Positions 28,147 to 37,946 of a stretch of 64,000 nucleotides of DNA are shown here, piece after piece (positions within the stretch are counted from its first letter, which is position 1; each line of letters opens with the position of its first letter). Origin of the DNA: Firmicutes bacterium UBA3943 (GTDB lineage Bacteria; Bacillota; UBA4882; UBA10575; UBA3943); contig DGDV01000047.1 in NCBI GenBank assembly GCA_002385625.1, positions 26,304-90,303 on the forward strand. Reading direction: 5' to 3'. The notes under the pieces were generated by a model. That model searched no databases and was not told the DNA's origin. It was given only the letters and a program-made list of their open reading frames with translations. Position numbers and translations under genes: made by a program.

Positions 28147-28237
28147 CCTCCTATTGAAAAACCACTGTCAAAAAGCGTAAACCTGTGAACAGTTTCTCCT
28201 GTTGCCAACGGCTGTTTTTTAAGTCTAGGCGCCGCCC

Positions 28238-28828
28238 TCACAGAACAGGAGGTGCCGCAACGGGGGCTTTCTCCTTTGCCTCCGGCACCGGCTCTGTTTT
28301 TTCAACCGCCGGCAATTGGTAGCCGGTTTTGGCAATACCAGGCTGGTTCCAGAGGGATACGGTAACCTCAATATTACTGCCCGGCGCCCCTAAAGCCAGG
28401 GGATTTGTCGCCACATTGCGGCGTTCTCCCGGCGGGATGGAGGCAATCTGGATCGCCCAAAAACTCCAACGCGGGACGCCGCCGGCATCAATCTGTTGGG
28501 CAACAATGGTTCCTTGCATTGGCGGGATGGTTTTCTCCGTGGGGTTAACCACCCAAAAGCCCACAGTATATCTGGGTGTCTGATCTGTTCCGGCCTGGGC
28601 CGCTGGTTTAATTGTGATTTTCTCCACAATCGCCCCGACGGGCTGTGGCGGAATCTTCTTTTTTAAGTCAATTACCTCTTTTTCCAGACCCTCTTTGGCG
28701 GTCACCAGCTTTTTATGTTCACTCAACAACTTGGCGTTCTCCCGAAAAAAACTGTTCACCGCCAAAAGCATGGCCAGACTTACCAGAAGAAACAGACCGC
28801 TGATCACAGCAAAAATCTTCTTGGTCAT
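28238..28828 (-). CDS. Membrane-anchored protein of unknown function
   Basis: 196 aa. N-terminal TM helix, short coiled coil, beta-rich domain and a Pro/Ala/Glu-rich tail. I recognised no family motif. Confidence 0.45.
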   Translation of the reverse strand: MTKKIFAVISGLFLLVSLAMLLAVNSFFRENAKLLSEHKKLVTAKEGLEKEVIDLKKKIPPQPVGAIVEKITIKPAAQAGTDQTPRYTVGFWVVNPTEKTIPPMQGTIVAQQIDAGGVPRWSFWAIQIASIPPGERRNVATNPLALGAPGSNIEVTVSLWNQPGIAKTGYQLPAVEKTEPVPEAKEKAPVAAPPVL

Positions 28829-28831
28829 GGT

Positions 28832-29308
28832 TCATGCCTTCCTTTCCAACCATTCATCCTCGGTCCAGACGGGGATCCCGTTTTGGAGCAGGAGGGCCGT
28901 GGTGACACCATCCCCTGCCACCAAACAACCGGTAAAACTGCCGTCATAGATCCGGCCCTTGCCACAGGAAGGGCTGCGCGCTTTCAAAATGGTCCCCACC
29001 GCCCCGGTAGTTTGGGCAGTCGCCAACACTTGTCGGGCCCCGGCCATAAAGGCCTGGGTCACATCCTGGCCGGTGGCGGTGATGACTTGTGCCCGGCCAG
29101 CCAAGACCTGCGTCCCGTCACCACCCCGAAGCTCCGCCGGTGGCCGTGGTGACCGCAAACCTCCCAGTGTCTCCGGGCAGACCTGGACCACGTTATACTC
29201 CCTGTCCAGCCCCTCAAGCCCGGCGCAGCGGTGGTGAGTACCGTCAAAGCGGCAGGGTGTTCCCAGCAAGCAAGCACTGACCAGCAGGGTTTTACGGGAA
29301 GATGTCAT
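28832..29308 (-). CDS. DUF523 family protein (TudS-like thiouracil desulfidase family)
   Basis: LLVSACLLGTPCRFDGTHH and ARSPSCG cysteine pattern. Start set at MTSSRK with a GAGGAGG RBS. Confidence 0.7.
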   Translation of the reverse strand: MTSSRKTLLVSACLLGTPCRFDGTHHRCAGLEGLDREYNVVQVCPETLGGLRSPRPPAELRGGDGTQVLAGRAQVITATGQDVTQAFMAGARQVLATAQTTGAVGTILKARSPSCGKGRIYDGSFTGCLVAGDGVTTALLLQNGIPVWTEDEWLERKA

Positions 29309-29720
29309 CTTCTTCCTCCTCAGGACCAATCTGTCTGATTTTGATTACTTGGACTGTTCCCCGGCGGACCCAGCGGGCCAACCGCCGCTGGAGCAAGTTT
29401 ATTAAAAGGCGGCGCACAGGGAACGTCAAGAGCAGCAAACCAAGGAAATCGGTGATGAAGCCCGGTAACAGCAGGAAAAGACCGCCCAGCAAGACCCCGC
29501 AGCCCTCCAGGAGTTCCCCGGCGGGAACCTGCCCTTTCGCCAACTCTTGTCCAATTCGCTGGAGAACCATAAACCCCTGGGCCCGGGCCAGGATTAAGCC
29601 GGCCAACCCGGTCGCAACTACAAGGAAGATTGTGGACCAAACACCGATGACCCGACCGGCCTCTAACAACAGCCACAATTCGGCAAAGGGCAGAAGAATC
29701 AAGAGGAGAAACCAGCCCAT
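29292..29720 (-). CDS. fxsA: FxsA family membrane protein
   Basis: MGWFLLLILLPFAELWLLLEAGRVIGVW...PGFITDFLGLLLL. RBS GGAGGAG upstream of the Met at 29720. Confidence 0.75.
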   Translation of the reverse strand: MGWFLLLILLPFAELWLLLEAGRVIGVWSTIFLVVATGLAGLILARAQGFMVLQRIGQELAKGQVPAGELLEGCGVLLGGLFLLLPGFITDFLGLLLLTFPVRRLLINLLQRRLARWVRRGTVQVIKIRQIGPEEEEDDIFP

Positions 29721-29776
29721 CTTTTGCTCCTCCCAAAATAGAATTAAATGAGGGAAAAGGCCGAAAGCTTCACCTG

Positions 29777-30520
29777 CTATAGCTCCGGTTGCGGGGGCAG
29801 TTGCCATTTATGGCTGCTCCGCCGGTGCATCCTTGTGATGGCCTCCACCACCCCTTGCTCACCCTGGCCAGTTAAGATAAAGCGGTCCAGGTCCGCATAG
29901 GAGAAGCCCATCTCGCCTTCATCGGTTTGTCCCGGCCAAAGACCGGCAGACGGGGCCTTGGTAATAATAGGTTCCGGTACACCCAAAACCTTGGCCAACT
30001 CCCGGACCTGGGTCTTGACCAACCCAGCGATGGGCATCAGGTCCACCCCGGAGTCCCCGTACTTGGTGGAATAACCGATATAAGCTTCGCTCCGGTTACT
30101 GGTGCCAATAACAAGGTAATTCAGCTTGGCTGCCCAATAATATAGGGTAATCATACGTAATCTTGGTTTTATGTTGGTTATCGCCAGAACCCGATGATCT
30201 TCAGGGGAAAACTCCCTTTCTGTCAGTAGTTCCGTCATTGCCCTGTAAATACCGGACAGATCCACCGTCTTGGTGGGAATCTTCAATTCGCCCGCCACCA
30301 GTTCCGCGTCGGCCACATCCTCCGGCTGACTGTAGCAGGGCATGATCACCCCAAGAATCCGGTCGCCAAAGGCTTCCCGGCACAGGGCAGCTACAACGGC
30401 CGAATCAAGCCCACCCGACAGGCCAAAGACCCCGCCTTCGGCTCCGGCCTCCACCACCCGTTCTTTCAACCAGGCAATGATCTTTTGACATGTCGCTTCC
30501 GGCGAAAAAACTTTTTCCAC
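29777..30520 (-). CDS. nadE: NH3-dependent NAD+ synthetase
   Basis: GGVFGLSGGLDSAVVAAL (SGGxDS PP-loop). A GTG start at 30520 with a GGGGGAG RBS is preferred over the upstream ATG at 30595. Confidence 0.88.
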   Translation of the reverse strand: MEKVFSPEATCQKIIAWLKERVVEAGAEGGVFGLSGGLDSAVVAALCREAFGDRILGVIMPCYSQPEDVADAELVAGELKIPTKTVDLSGIYRAMTELLTEREFSPEDHRVLAITNIKPRLRMITLYYWAAKLNYLVIGTSNRSEAYIGYSTKYGDSGVDLMPIAGLVKTQVRELAKVLGVPEPIITKAPSAGLWPGQTDEGEMGFSYADLDRFILTGQGEQGVVEAITRMHRRSSHKWQLPPQPEL

Positions 30521-30669
30521 TGTTACTCCCCCTTCTCCGGGTGGTATTATTGCGAATAAGTCTGCATTAAGCAGGTCATTGTCATTTATTCTCACTCAAG
30601 AAACACCTTTTCCCCGCCGATTATTTAAATATATAGTACCTGATTGATCAGGTATTGGGGGGAACAACA

Positions 30670-31209
30670 ATGTCCCGCAAAACTGTAAGTAACTGGGCCA
30701 AGAAAAATTTTATCTACTGGTTCACGGAAAAATATGAACTTGCTGCGGAAGCCATGGAATTATTGGAAGAAATCCTGGAGAACGAAGACTACCTAAGCCG
30801 CATGCACATTACAGAGGATGGGACTTTGCTCAAACCGCTCCTGGTCATTTCCACACCCACTACAGGCATGCCTCTCTTATTACTGCAAACCTTTGATAAA
30901 AACCTGCGCAGCCCCGAGGAGATCCGTTCCTACCTGGCACATTTGGAAGACAAACCGTTCTACATGACCCTCTATTTCCCGGACCGCAGCACTTGCAAAC
31001 CCTATGCAGCCGTTTCCGTCAATCCACCGCTGCTTTTTGAGCCGGAGAAGGCCAAAGCCCTGCGTTTCGATTTCGAGCTCTCCCTCTGGCTCGATGAATA
31101 CCGTAAAAATCAACGGCGCCAGGAGATCCTGGCCGAGATCGACAGCGTCTTGGAACGGGGTGAAAAACGCCGTTTTTACCAGTTAGTACGGGAACTGAAA
31201 CGGATTTGA
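30670..31209 (+). CDS. YpiB-like protein (UPF0302 N-terminal domain plus C-terminal IDEAL domain)
   Basis: C-terminus LWLDEYRKNQRRQEILAEIDSVLERGEKRRFYQLVRELKRI matches the IDEAL-domain pattern. The ATG at 30670 follows a G-rich RBS. Confidence 0.6.
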   Translation: MSRKTVSNWAKKNFIYWFTEKYELAAEAMELLEEILENEDYLSRMHITEDGTLLKPLLVISTPTTGMPLLLLQTFDKNLRSPEEIRSYLAHLEDKPFYMTLYFPDRSTCKPYAAVSVNPPLLFEPEKAKALRFDFELSLWLDEYRKNQRRQEILAEIDSVLERGEKRRFYQLVRELKRI

Positions 31210-31256
31210 GCCCCGCCTGTCCGCGTTTTACCCTCACTATTCAGGCCGTAACCCAA

Positions 31257-31898
31257 TCAAAATTCTTCGCCCAATGCCACCCATACATCCCGCAATTGAT
31301 AGATGGAATCCAGCCGGAAATCAACGTAATCCGGCTGTTCTTCTGCGCCAATCAGAACTGTGGTCATGCCCAGTTCTTTGGCAGGCAGCAAATTTACAAC
31401 ATAATCATCCACCATGACACACTCGTTTCCCGTCACGCCAAGAACCTGCAGAACCTGGCGGTAAGTGGCGGGATCCGGTTTCCCACGGTAATCAGAGAAA
31501 GTAACGTCAAAGATCCGGTCAATGAGATCCCGGATATCCAGCGCCGTCAGAACCCGATTCACATAATCCAAAGGGCTGTTGGAGAAGACCGCTTTTCCCC
31601 AGGAGATCCCCTGCAGAACCTGACGCAGTTTGGGGTCGGCCGCGATAAAATCGGAAATATCCACATGATACGCATGGGCTATGTATTCCAGGGGGTCAAC
31701 ACCATGGTTCTCCTTCACGCCCCGCAGTGTTGTGCCGTACTTCTCATAGTATAAACGGCGCAGGCTGTTGACGGCCTGCCGTTCCATCCGCAGCCTTTGC
31801 ACTAAAAAATTGTCGATGCGTTGATCAATATGCTCAATCAACCCCGCTTGTTTCGGGTAAAGGGTATTATCCAGGTCCAAAAGAAGATGCCGGATCAT
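31257..31898 (-). CDS. HAD-superfamily hydrolase (pyrimidine 5'-nucleotidase-like)
   Basis: LLLDLDNTLY (DxD motif I), FSNSP (motif II) and MVDDYVVNL (motif IV). Confidence 0.75.
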   Translation of the reverse strand: MIRHLLLDLDNTLYPKQAGLIEHIDQRIDNFLVQRLRMERQAVNSLRRLYYEKYGTTLRGVKENHGVDPLEYIAHAYHVDISDFIAADPKLRQVLQGISWGKAVFSNSPLDYVNRVLTALDIRDLIDRIFDVTFSDYRGKPDPATYRQVLQVLGVTGNECVMVDDYVVNLLPAKELGMTTVLIGAEEQPDYVDFRLDSIYQLRDVWVALGEEF

Positions 31899-31904
31899 TT
31901 TTAA

Positions 31905-33041
31905 TCAGTGCTTTCCTTTCCTGCGATACAATCGGCCCAACACGCCGGTACGCAACTGGATGGCGCCATACGGGCACATTTCCTGGCAACAGTAACACCG
32001 GATGCAATCTTTCTCCCTAATGAAGGCTTTTCCTGACTCGATCCGGATAACCCGGGCCGGACAAGCCTTAGCGCAGATCCCGCAGCCCTTGCAATCCGGC
32101 AATACATGGGGACGGGGCGTAATGCTCCGTCTGAACAACCGGACCACCGGCTTAGGAATGCGCAGGGAAAGGGAATAAAGTTCCCGGGGGATCTCATAAT
32201 CCTCCATAACCAACTGTTGCAGGTCCTCACCTAAAATCCGCAGCTTTTCCGGATCGGCGCCCTCCCAGCCCCGGGCGGCAGCAGCCCCCAGATAGCTGAT
32301 GCGGTGGGGAGGTACATTCATCAAAAGCGCCAGGGTGACATCCACGGCCACCGGGTCGGTCCCGGCCACCAGCAGCCCCACCCGGCGCGGTTTACCGTTC
32401 CGGGGTCCCCACCCCTCCATGGCGACCACCGCATCAACGATATGCAAGGCCGGTGGTACCGCCCTGGTCAGATCCAACAACATCTCAGCAAAATGCTCCA
32501 CTTTCTGCAGGCGCAGATGGAACTCGGCCTTGCGGATGCCAACAACACAGCCAAAGAGGTTTTTTACCGCTCCCGTCAAAATCGTCAAGCCATGGGTCTT
32601 CATCTTGGCGATATTCACTAAAAAATCCGCAGCTTTGACTTCCCGGGCCAACTCAAACTTCTTAATCAGCTTGGCCTTGGCCACTTCCACCGGAACCGAC
32701 TCCTGGAAGCGGGCCAGCGGAACGGCCAATTCCCGGCAAACCCGGGCGACACCGGCTTTCTCCGCCACTGCTGCCAAGCTCCCCATCCCCGGGCTGTCCC
32801 CAACCTCCAGTTCAACCCCAAGCTCTAGCAAACGCTCCACCACCGCCCGGAGTACCTCCGGGTGGGTAGTCACCGCCCGGTCGGGCTCTTCACCTGCTAA
32901 TAAGTTGGGTTTGATTAGGACACGCCGTCGGTTGCCCACCAGTTGGTCCCAACCGCCCAGGAGTTCCTCTATCCGCCGAATGGCTTGCCGCAGGGTCTCC
33001 CGTTGATAATCGGGGCAACGTACAATCGCAACTTGTGCCAT
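31905..33041 (-). CDS. DUF362-domain protein with a C-terminal 2x[4Fe-4S] ferredoxin domain
   Basis: VAIVRCPDY...VLIKPNL. C-terminal CKGCGICAKACP and CIRCYCCQEMCP. The start is at 33041 or 33047, downstream of GGAAGGAG. Confidence 0.7.
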   Translation of the reverse strand: MAQVAIVRCPDYQRETLRQAIRRIEELLGGWDQLVGNRRRVLIKPNLLAGEEPDRAVTTHPEVLRAVVERLLELGVELEVGDSPGMGSLAAVAEKAGVARVCRELAVPLARFQESVPVEVAKAKLIKKFELAREVKAADFLVNIAKMKTHGLTILTGAVKNLFGCVVGIRKAEFHLRLQKVEHFAEMLLDLTRAVPPALHIVDAVVAMEGWGPRNGKPRRVGLLVAGTDPVAVDVTLALLMNVPPHRISYLGAAAARGWEGADPEKLRILGEDLQQLVMEDYEIPRELYSLSLRIPKPVVRLFRRSITPRPHVLPDCKGCGICAKACPARVIRIESGKAFIREKDCIRCYCCQEMCPYGAIQLRTGVLGRLYRRKGKH

Positions 33042-33230
33042 CTCCATATACTCCTTCCGGCCCGACCGGCAACGATGAAAAACTGCCCGGACTAACCCAC
33101 CGGGGCCAAGGACCAATATAAGCAAACAGCACAGCTAAGGACTACTACAGCCTGTCCAATGCAGCGCCAGTCCGGGATAACCCAGGCTTTACCTGGAGAC
33201 GCGCAGATCTGCTACCTGGCAGGCCTTATC

Positions 33231-34622
33231 CTAGCGTAGCGCCTTCAGTGCGACCTTTTCCCGCAAGAAAGCCTCACCGGCTTTCCAGATATCCCCAGCA
33301 CCCATCGTAATAATGAGATCACCGGGGCGGGCTTTCTCCAACAAATGGGCCACTATTGCTTCTTGATCAGGGATATAACGGACATCCGACAGGTATTCAC
33401 GGGTGCGTTCCGCCAAAAGCCGGCTGGAGACATCACCCGGATCCAGCTCCCGTGCAGCGTAAATATCGGCCAGAACCAAGATATCACAGTCCACAAAGGC
33501 CTTGGCAAACTCATTCATTAAAAAACGTGTCCTGCTAAAAAGGTGGGGTTGAAAAACACACCAGATCCGCCCGTGATAATGCTGCCTGGCTGCGGCCAAC
33601 GTGGTGGCAATGGCCGCCGGATGGTGGGCATAGTCATCCACCACCAGCACACCATCGGCTTCACCCTTAATCTCAAAACGCCGGCGGACTCCGGTAAATT
33701 CCCTCAGGATCCGGGCAGATGTTTCAAGATCTACCCCAAGCTGAGCCGCTGCGGCCATTGCTGCCATTGCATTAAGGACATTGTGGACCCCGGGCACCCG
33801 GAGAGTAAGTTCCACCACAGGCCGGCCCTGCCAATGCAGTTCCGTCCGGCTTCCCAGCATCTTTTCATCGGGGTGGATACGCAGCGCCCGCAGGTCACAC
33901 TCGGGATCTGTACCAAAGCGGATCACCCGGGCCTTTGCGTGGGGAACCAGTTTTTCACACCGGGGATCATCACCGTTAATGATCAAACAACCATCCGCCG
34001 GCAGCTTCTCCGTAAACTGGCAGAACCCATCCACTACAGCATCCGGAGTGGGAAAACAATCGGGATGATCCCAATCAATATTAGTCACAACGGTAATAGT
34101 TGGCGAGAGCTGCAAAAACGAACGGCGGAATTCGCAGGCCTCCACCACAATGTATTGGCTTTTACCAGTACGGTGATTACCGCCGATGGCGCTCAGCTCG
34201 CCGCCGATTAAGACGGTGGGATCAACGCCGGCTTTGGTGAGGATCAGCGCCAGCATTGAGGTAGTTGTGGTCTTGCCATGGGTGCCCGAAACAGCAATGC
34301 CGTAACCGACCTCCGTCATCAACTTCCCTAAAAGCTCCGCGCCCTCCAGAACCGGAATATTCTGCGCTTTGGCCGCCAGCACCTGAGGATTATCCTCCCC
34401 CACGGCATTGGTGTAGACCACCAGATCAGCCGGGGGCATCTGTGCCGGATCATGCCCGTACGTTACCGGGATCCCCCGCGCAATCAATTCTTCCGTGGTT
34501 TTCGAGGCTTGACGGTCCGAACCTGCCACCTGATAGCCCCGGTCGGCGTAGAGCTTAGCCAGGGCGTTTAAACGGGCTCCACCGATCCCAACAAAAAAAA
34601 GACGTTTACCTGAATCCTGCAA
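33231..34622 (-). CDS. murC: UDP-N-acetylmuramate--L-alanine ligase
   Basis: FFVGIGGARLNALA, VSGTHGKTTTTSM and the DDYAHHPAAI motif. Confidence 0.92.
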   Translation of the reverse strand: MQDSGKRLFFVGIGGARLNALAKLYADRGYQVAGSDRQASKTTEELIARGIPVTYGHDPAQMPPADLVVYTNAVGEDNPQVLAAKAQNIPVLEGAELLGKLMTEVGYGIAVSGTHGKTTTTSMLALILTKAGVDPTVLIGGELSAIGGNHRTGKSQYIVVEACEFRRSFLQLSPTITVVTNIDWDHPDCFPTPDAVVDGFCQFTEKLPADGCLIINGDDPRCEKLVPHAKARVIRFGTDPECDLRALRIHPDEKMLGSRTELHWQGRPVVELTLRVPGVHNVLNAMAAMAAAAQLGVDLETSARILREFTGVRRRFEIKGEADGVLVVDDYAHHPAAIATTLAAARQHYHGRIWCVFQPHLFSRTRFLMNEFAKAFVDCDILVLADIYAARELDPGDVSSRLLAERTREYLSDVRYIPDQEAIVAHLLEKARPGDLIITMGAGDIWKAGEAFLREKVALKALR

Positions 34623-34888
34623 TGGTCACCCTCCCAAAACGGCGTACCTCTGTCCGCTTCCTCTTGAATGTTGTTGTTATTTCTACGAAAGAACAGAATT
34701 GCACCGGATATATCCATCCATTCCTCTTCCGAATTTTATTTACCTTATTTATTTTATGGGATTCACACAAAGAATACAATATAATCCGGGTGAAAAGATT
34801 GACATTATTCCCCCGGTTTTGTTACACTACAAAACGAACATCCTTTGTTCCGAGGGTTTTTTGCCTTGAACCATATAGGAGGGATATC

Positions 34889-36814
34889 ATGCCGGAAAAT
34901 TTAACCTACAAAATTCTCCGCGCCCATCTGGTGGAAGGAGATCTCATCCCTGGTACCGAGATTGCGTTGCGCATCGATCAAACGCTTACCCAGGACGCCA
35001 CCGGAACCATGGCCTACCTGCAATTTGAGGCCATGGGTATCGACAAGGTCAGTACCGAACTGTCCGTCAGTTATGTTGATCACAATACCTTACAGTCGAG
35101 TTTTGAAAATGCTGATGATCATCTTTTCTTGCAAACAGTCGCCTCGAAACACGATATTTTTTTCTCCCGGCCTGGCAACGGCATCTGCCACCAAGTCCAC
35201 CTGGAACGTTTCGGTAAACCGGGAAAAACCCTTTTAGGCTCGGACAGCCATACACCTACCGCCGGTGGTTTGGGTATGCTGGCCATCGGCGCCGGTGGCT
35301 TGGATGTGGCGGTGGCCATGGCGGGCGGCGCCTTTTACCTGAATGTCCCCAAGGTCTTAAAGGTGGAGTTGGTAGGCAGGCTCAACCCCTGGGTCTCCGC
35401 CAAGGATGTTATCCTGGAGATCCTGCGCCGGCTCTCTGTCAAAGGCGGCGTGGGACGGATCCTGGAATACACTGGCCCCGGAGTGGCTACTTTGACTGTG
35501 CCTGAACGGGCCACCATTACCAACATGGGTGCTGAACTTGGCGCCACCACTTCCATTTTCCCCAGCGATGAGGTTACCCGGGAGTTTCTCCGGGCCCAAG
35601 GCCGGGAGGATGACTGGCAGTTGCTCACCGCCGATCCAGGCGCCGAGTATGACGAGGCCATCACCATCGATCTCTCCGCTCTCCAACCGATGGTAGCATG
35701 CCCCCATTCCCCCGATGCCGTGAAAACCGTGGTGGAAGTGGGACCCATTCATGTTGACCAAGTGGCCATCGGCAGTTGCACCAACTCCTCCTACCTGGAT
35801 CTAATGAGGGTGGCTGCCGTTTTACGGGGCAAACACGTTCATCCCAACACCAGCTTGGTGATTGCCCCTGGCTCTCGCCAGGTCCTGACAATGCTGGCTA
35901 GAAACGGCGCCTTGGCTGATATGATCGCCGCCGGCGCCCGCATCCTCGAGACTGCCTGCGGGCCGTGCATCGGCATGGGCCAAGCTCCTTGCTCAGGCGG
36001 GGTCTCCGTCCGCACCTTCAACCGGAACTTCGAAGGCCGGAGCGGAACCGCCGACGCCCAAGTCTACCTAGCCAGCCCGGAAGTGGCCGTGGCCACCGCC
36101 TTAAACGGCGTCCTCACCGACCCCAGAACGCTTGGCGATTACCCGGCGTTCCCTGCAGTCAGCGAGTTCTTGGCCGATGACTCCATGATCCTGCCGCCAG
36201 CAGCCGACCCCACCAAAGTGGAAGTCCGGCGCGGGCCAAATATTAAACCTCTGCCCCGGCAACAACCCTTGCCCGAGGAACTGACCGGCAATATCTTGAT
36301 CAAGGTCGGCGATAATATCACCACCGACCATATCATGCCGGCCGGTGCCAAGATCCTGCCGCTGCGTTCCAATATTCCCGCCATCTCCCAATATGTCTTC
36401 TCCGGCGTGGACCCGGACTTCGCCCGGCGCGCCAAGGAACAAGGCGGGGGTTTTGTCATTGGCGGCCAAAACTACGGACAGGGTTCCAGCCGTGAACACG
36501 CAGCCCTGGCCCCAATGTATCTCGGAGTTAAAGCGGTCATTGCCAAATCCTTCGCCCGCATCCACCGGGCCAACCTGATTAATTTTGGCATTCTACCCCT
36601 GGTGTTCTGTGACCCCGAGGATTACAACCGGCTCCAGCAGGGTGATGAACTGTATATCGCCCATGTCGGCATCAGTCTGGTGGACAACATTGTTATTATT
36701 GAGAATCGCACCGGCAAGTATTCTTTCGAAGTTAAGGCGGACCTGACACCCAGGCAGATCGCCATCATTAAAGCCGGCGGCCTCTTAAACTACACAAAAG
36801 AACACGTAAAATAG
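34889..36814 (+). CDS. Aconitate hydratase (about 640-aa aconitase-family enzyme)
   Basis: Start at MPENLTYKILRAHL with an AGGAGGG RBS. Cluster ligands sit in GSDSHT, IGSCTNSS and CGPCIG. The swivel domain has GGQNYGQGSSREHAA. The 267-nt N-terminal extension in the track ORF is not coding. Confidence 0.88.
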   Translation: MPENLTYKILRAHLVEGDLIPGTEIALRIDQTLTQDATGTMAYLQFEAMGIDKVSTELSVSYVDHNTLQSSFENADDHLFLQTVASKHDIFFSRPGNGICHQVHLERFGKPGKTLLGSDSHTPTAGGLGMLAIGAGGLDVAVAMAGGAFYLNVPKVLKVELVGRLNPWVSAKDVILEILRRLSVKGGVGRILEYTGPGVATLTVPERATITNMGAELGATTSIFPSDEVTREFLRAQGREDDWQLLTADPGAEYDEAITIDLSALQPMVACPHSPDAVKTVVEVGPIHVDQVAIGSCTNSSYLDLMRVAAVLRGKHVHPNTSLVIAPGSRQVLTMLARNGALADMIAAGARILETACGPCIGMGQAPCSGGVSVRTFNRNFEGRSGTADAQVYLASPEVAVATALNGVLTDPRTLGDYPAFPAVSEFLADDSMILPPAADPTKVEVRRGPNIKPLPRQQPLPEELTGNILIKVGDNITTDHIMPAGAKILPLRSNIPAISQYVFSGVDPDFARRAKEQGGGFVIGGQNYGQGSSREHAALAPMYLGVKAVIAKSFARIHRANLINFGILPLVFCDPEDYNRLQQGDELYIAHVGISLVDNIVIIENRTGKYSFEVKADLTPRQIAIIKAGGLLNYTKEHVK

Positions 36815-36897
36815 GACTATTCATTGCAATAAAAAAGAGCCCTCTTTTGGGTTCTTTTTTATTGCCCTTTTTCTTTTCACTTTTACCATCCCAATTC

Positions 36898-37365
36898 TTA
36901 CCGGTCGGCCCTCTGCTCGCCAAGGACCGAAGCCAGCAGTTGTCGGAAGGCACGCTCAAAGGCCTCGTCATTGGCTTTTGTCCTGGCGGAGGGTCCTTTG
37001 GTCCGCCCGCCGCACCGGCGGAATTTGGCCTTTAGATGCCGTTCTGCTAAGAGCAAATCAATGGTCCGGTCGGAAAAAATCCGGCCGTTGGGGTCAATGA
37101 CCTGCCCACCTTTAGCCAAAATCACCGCAGATAAGCCCCAATCCTGGGTAACCAGAATATCCCCTGCCTGCACCCGGTTAATCAGCGCCAGATCCGTGGC
37201 CTGGTCCGCCGCATCCACCATGATATGTTCCGCACCTTCCAGACAATGGTTCACCGAGGCCACCGTCCCTAAAGCAAAGGCATGTTCCTGCTGTAACCGG
37301 CGGAGAATAGCAAGCACACTGCGGGGGCAGGCATCCGCATCCACCCAAACCTTCATCACGATCAT
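36898..37365 (-). CDS. YaiI/YqxD family protein (UPF0178, DUF188)
   Basis: VWVDADACPR and LVTQDWGLS. The start is ambiguous between 37356 and 37365. Confidence 0.7.
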   Translation of the reverse strand: MIVMKVWVDADACPRSVLAILRRLQQEHAFALGTVASVNHCLEGAEHIMVDAADQATDLALINRVQAGDILVTQDWGLSAVILAKGGQVIDPNGRIFSDRTIDLLLAERHLKAKFRRCGGRTKGPSARTKANDEAFERAFRQLLASVLGEQRADR

Positions 37366-37395
37366 AAGCCTCCGCTCGTCAACGTTCTCTCCCAA

Positions 37396-37932
37396 TTATA
37401 CCAGAGACAACATGTTCATCTCCATGTTCTGCATCTCCACCACCCGGTTTAGATCCAACAAGAAAATCACGCGATCGTCTTTTTGTCCCATGGCCTTGAG
37501 GAACCTGGTCTTCCAGCCGGTCACCGTATCGTTCACCGGCCGCACTGCCGCTTCCGGTAAATTAATGATATCGGTCACCTTATCTACAACCAAGCCAAAG
37601 GTATTCTCTTTGACGCCACAGATAATGATGACGGTGTTCTCATTTAATACGTTCACCTTAAGGCCAAACATGCAGCGCAGGTCAAAAACGGGGATGATGG
37701 CGCCCTGATAATGGATAACGCCCCGGACCCAAGCGGGGGTCAGCGGGATCTGTAACGGCTCGGTATAACCGATGATCCCTTTTACATTCAAGACATCCAC
37801 ACCATATTCTTCGGTATAAACAGAAAAGATAACGTGCTGAATCTCACTCTCCACGCCTTGGCAGTCAAGCTCCATCAGCTCCACGGCATTGGCAGTCACC
37901 GTCACGGCAGTCGCCCCCTTTCCCCGCGCCAA
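37396..37932 (-). CDS. cheW: Chemotaxis coupling protein CheW
   Basis: 178 aa. FSVYTEEYGVDVLNVKGII...VRGVIHYQGAIIPVFDLR is typical of the CheW domain. Confidence 0.85.
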   Translation of the reverse strand: MARGKGATAVTVTANAVELMELDCQGVESEIQHVIFSVYTEEYGVDVLNVKGIIGYTEPLQIPLTPAWVRGVIHYQGAIIPVFDLRCMFGLKVNVLNENTVIIICGVKENTFGLVVDKVTDIINLPEAAVRPVNDTVTGWKTRFLKAMGQKDDRVIFLLDLNRVVEMQNMEMNMLSLV

Positions 37933-37946
37933 TAATCAACCCGGCG

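Noticed and set aside
34622-34888. 89-codon N-terminal extension of the aconitase ORF in the track (start at 34622)
   Set aside because: The extension covers an AT-rich region containing a good promoter (TTGACA-18-TACACT around 34798-34827). An AGGAGGG RBS directly precedes the ATG at 34889, where aconitase similarity begins.
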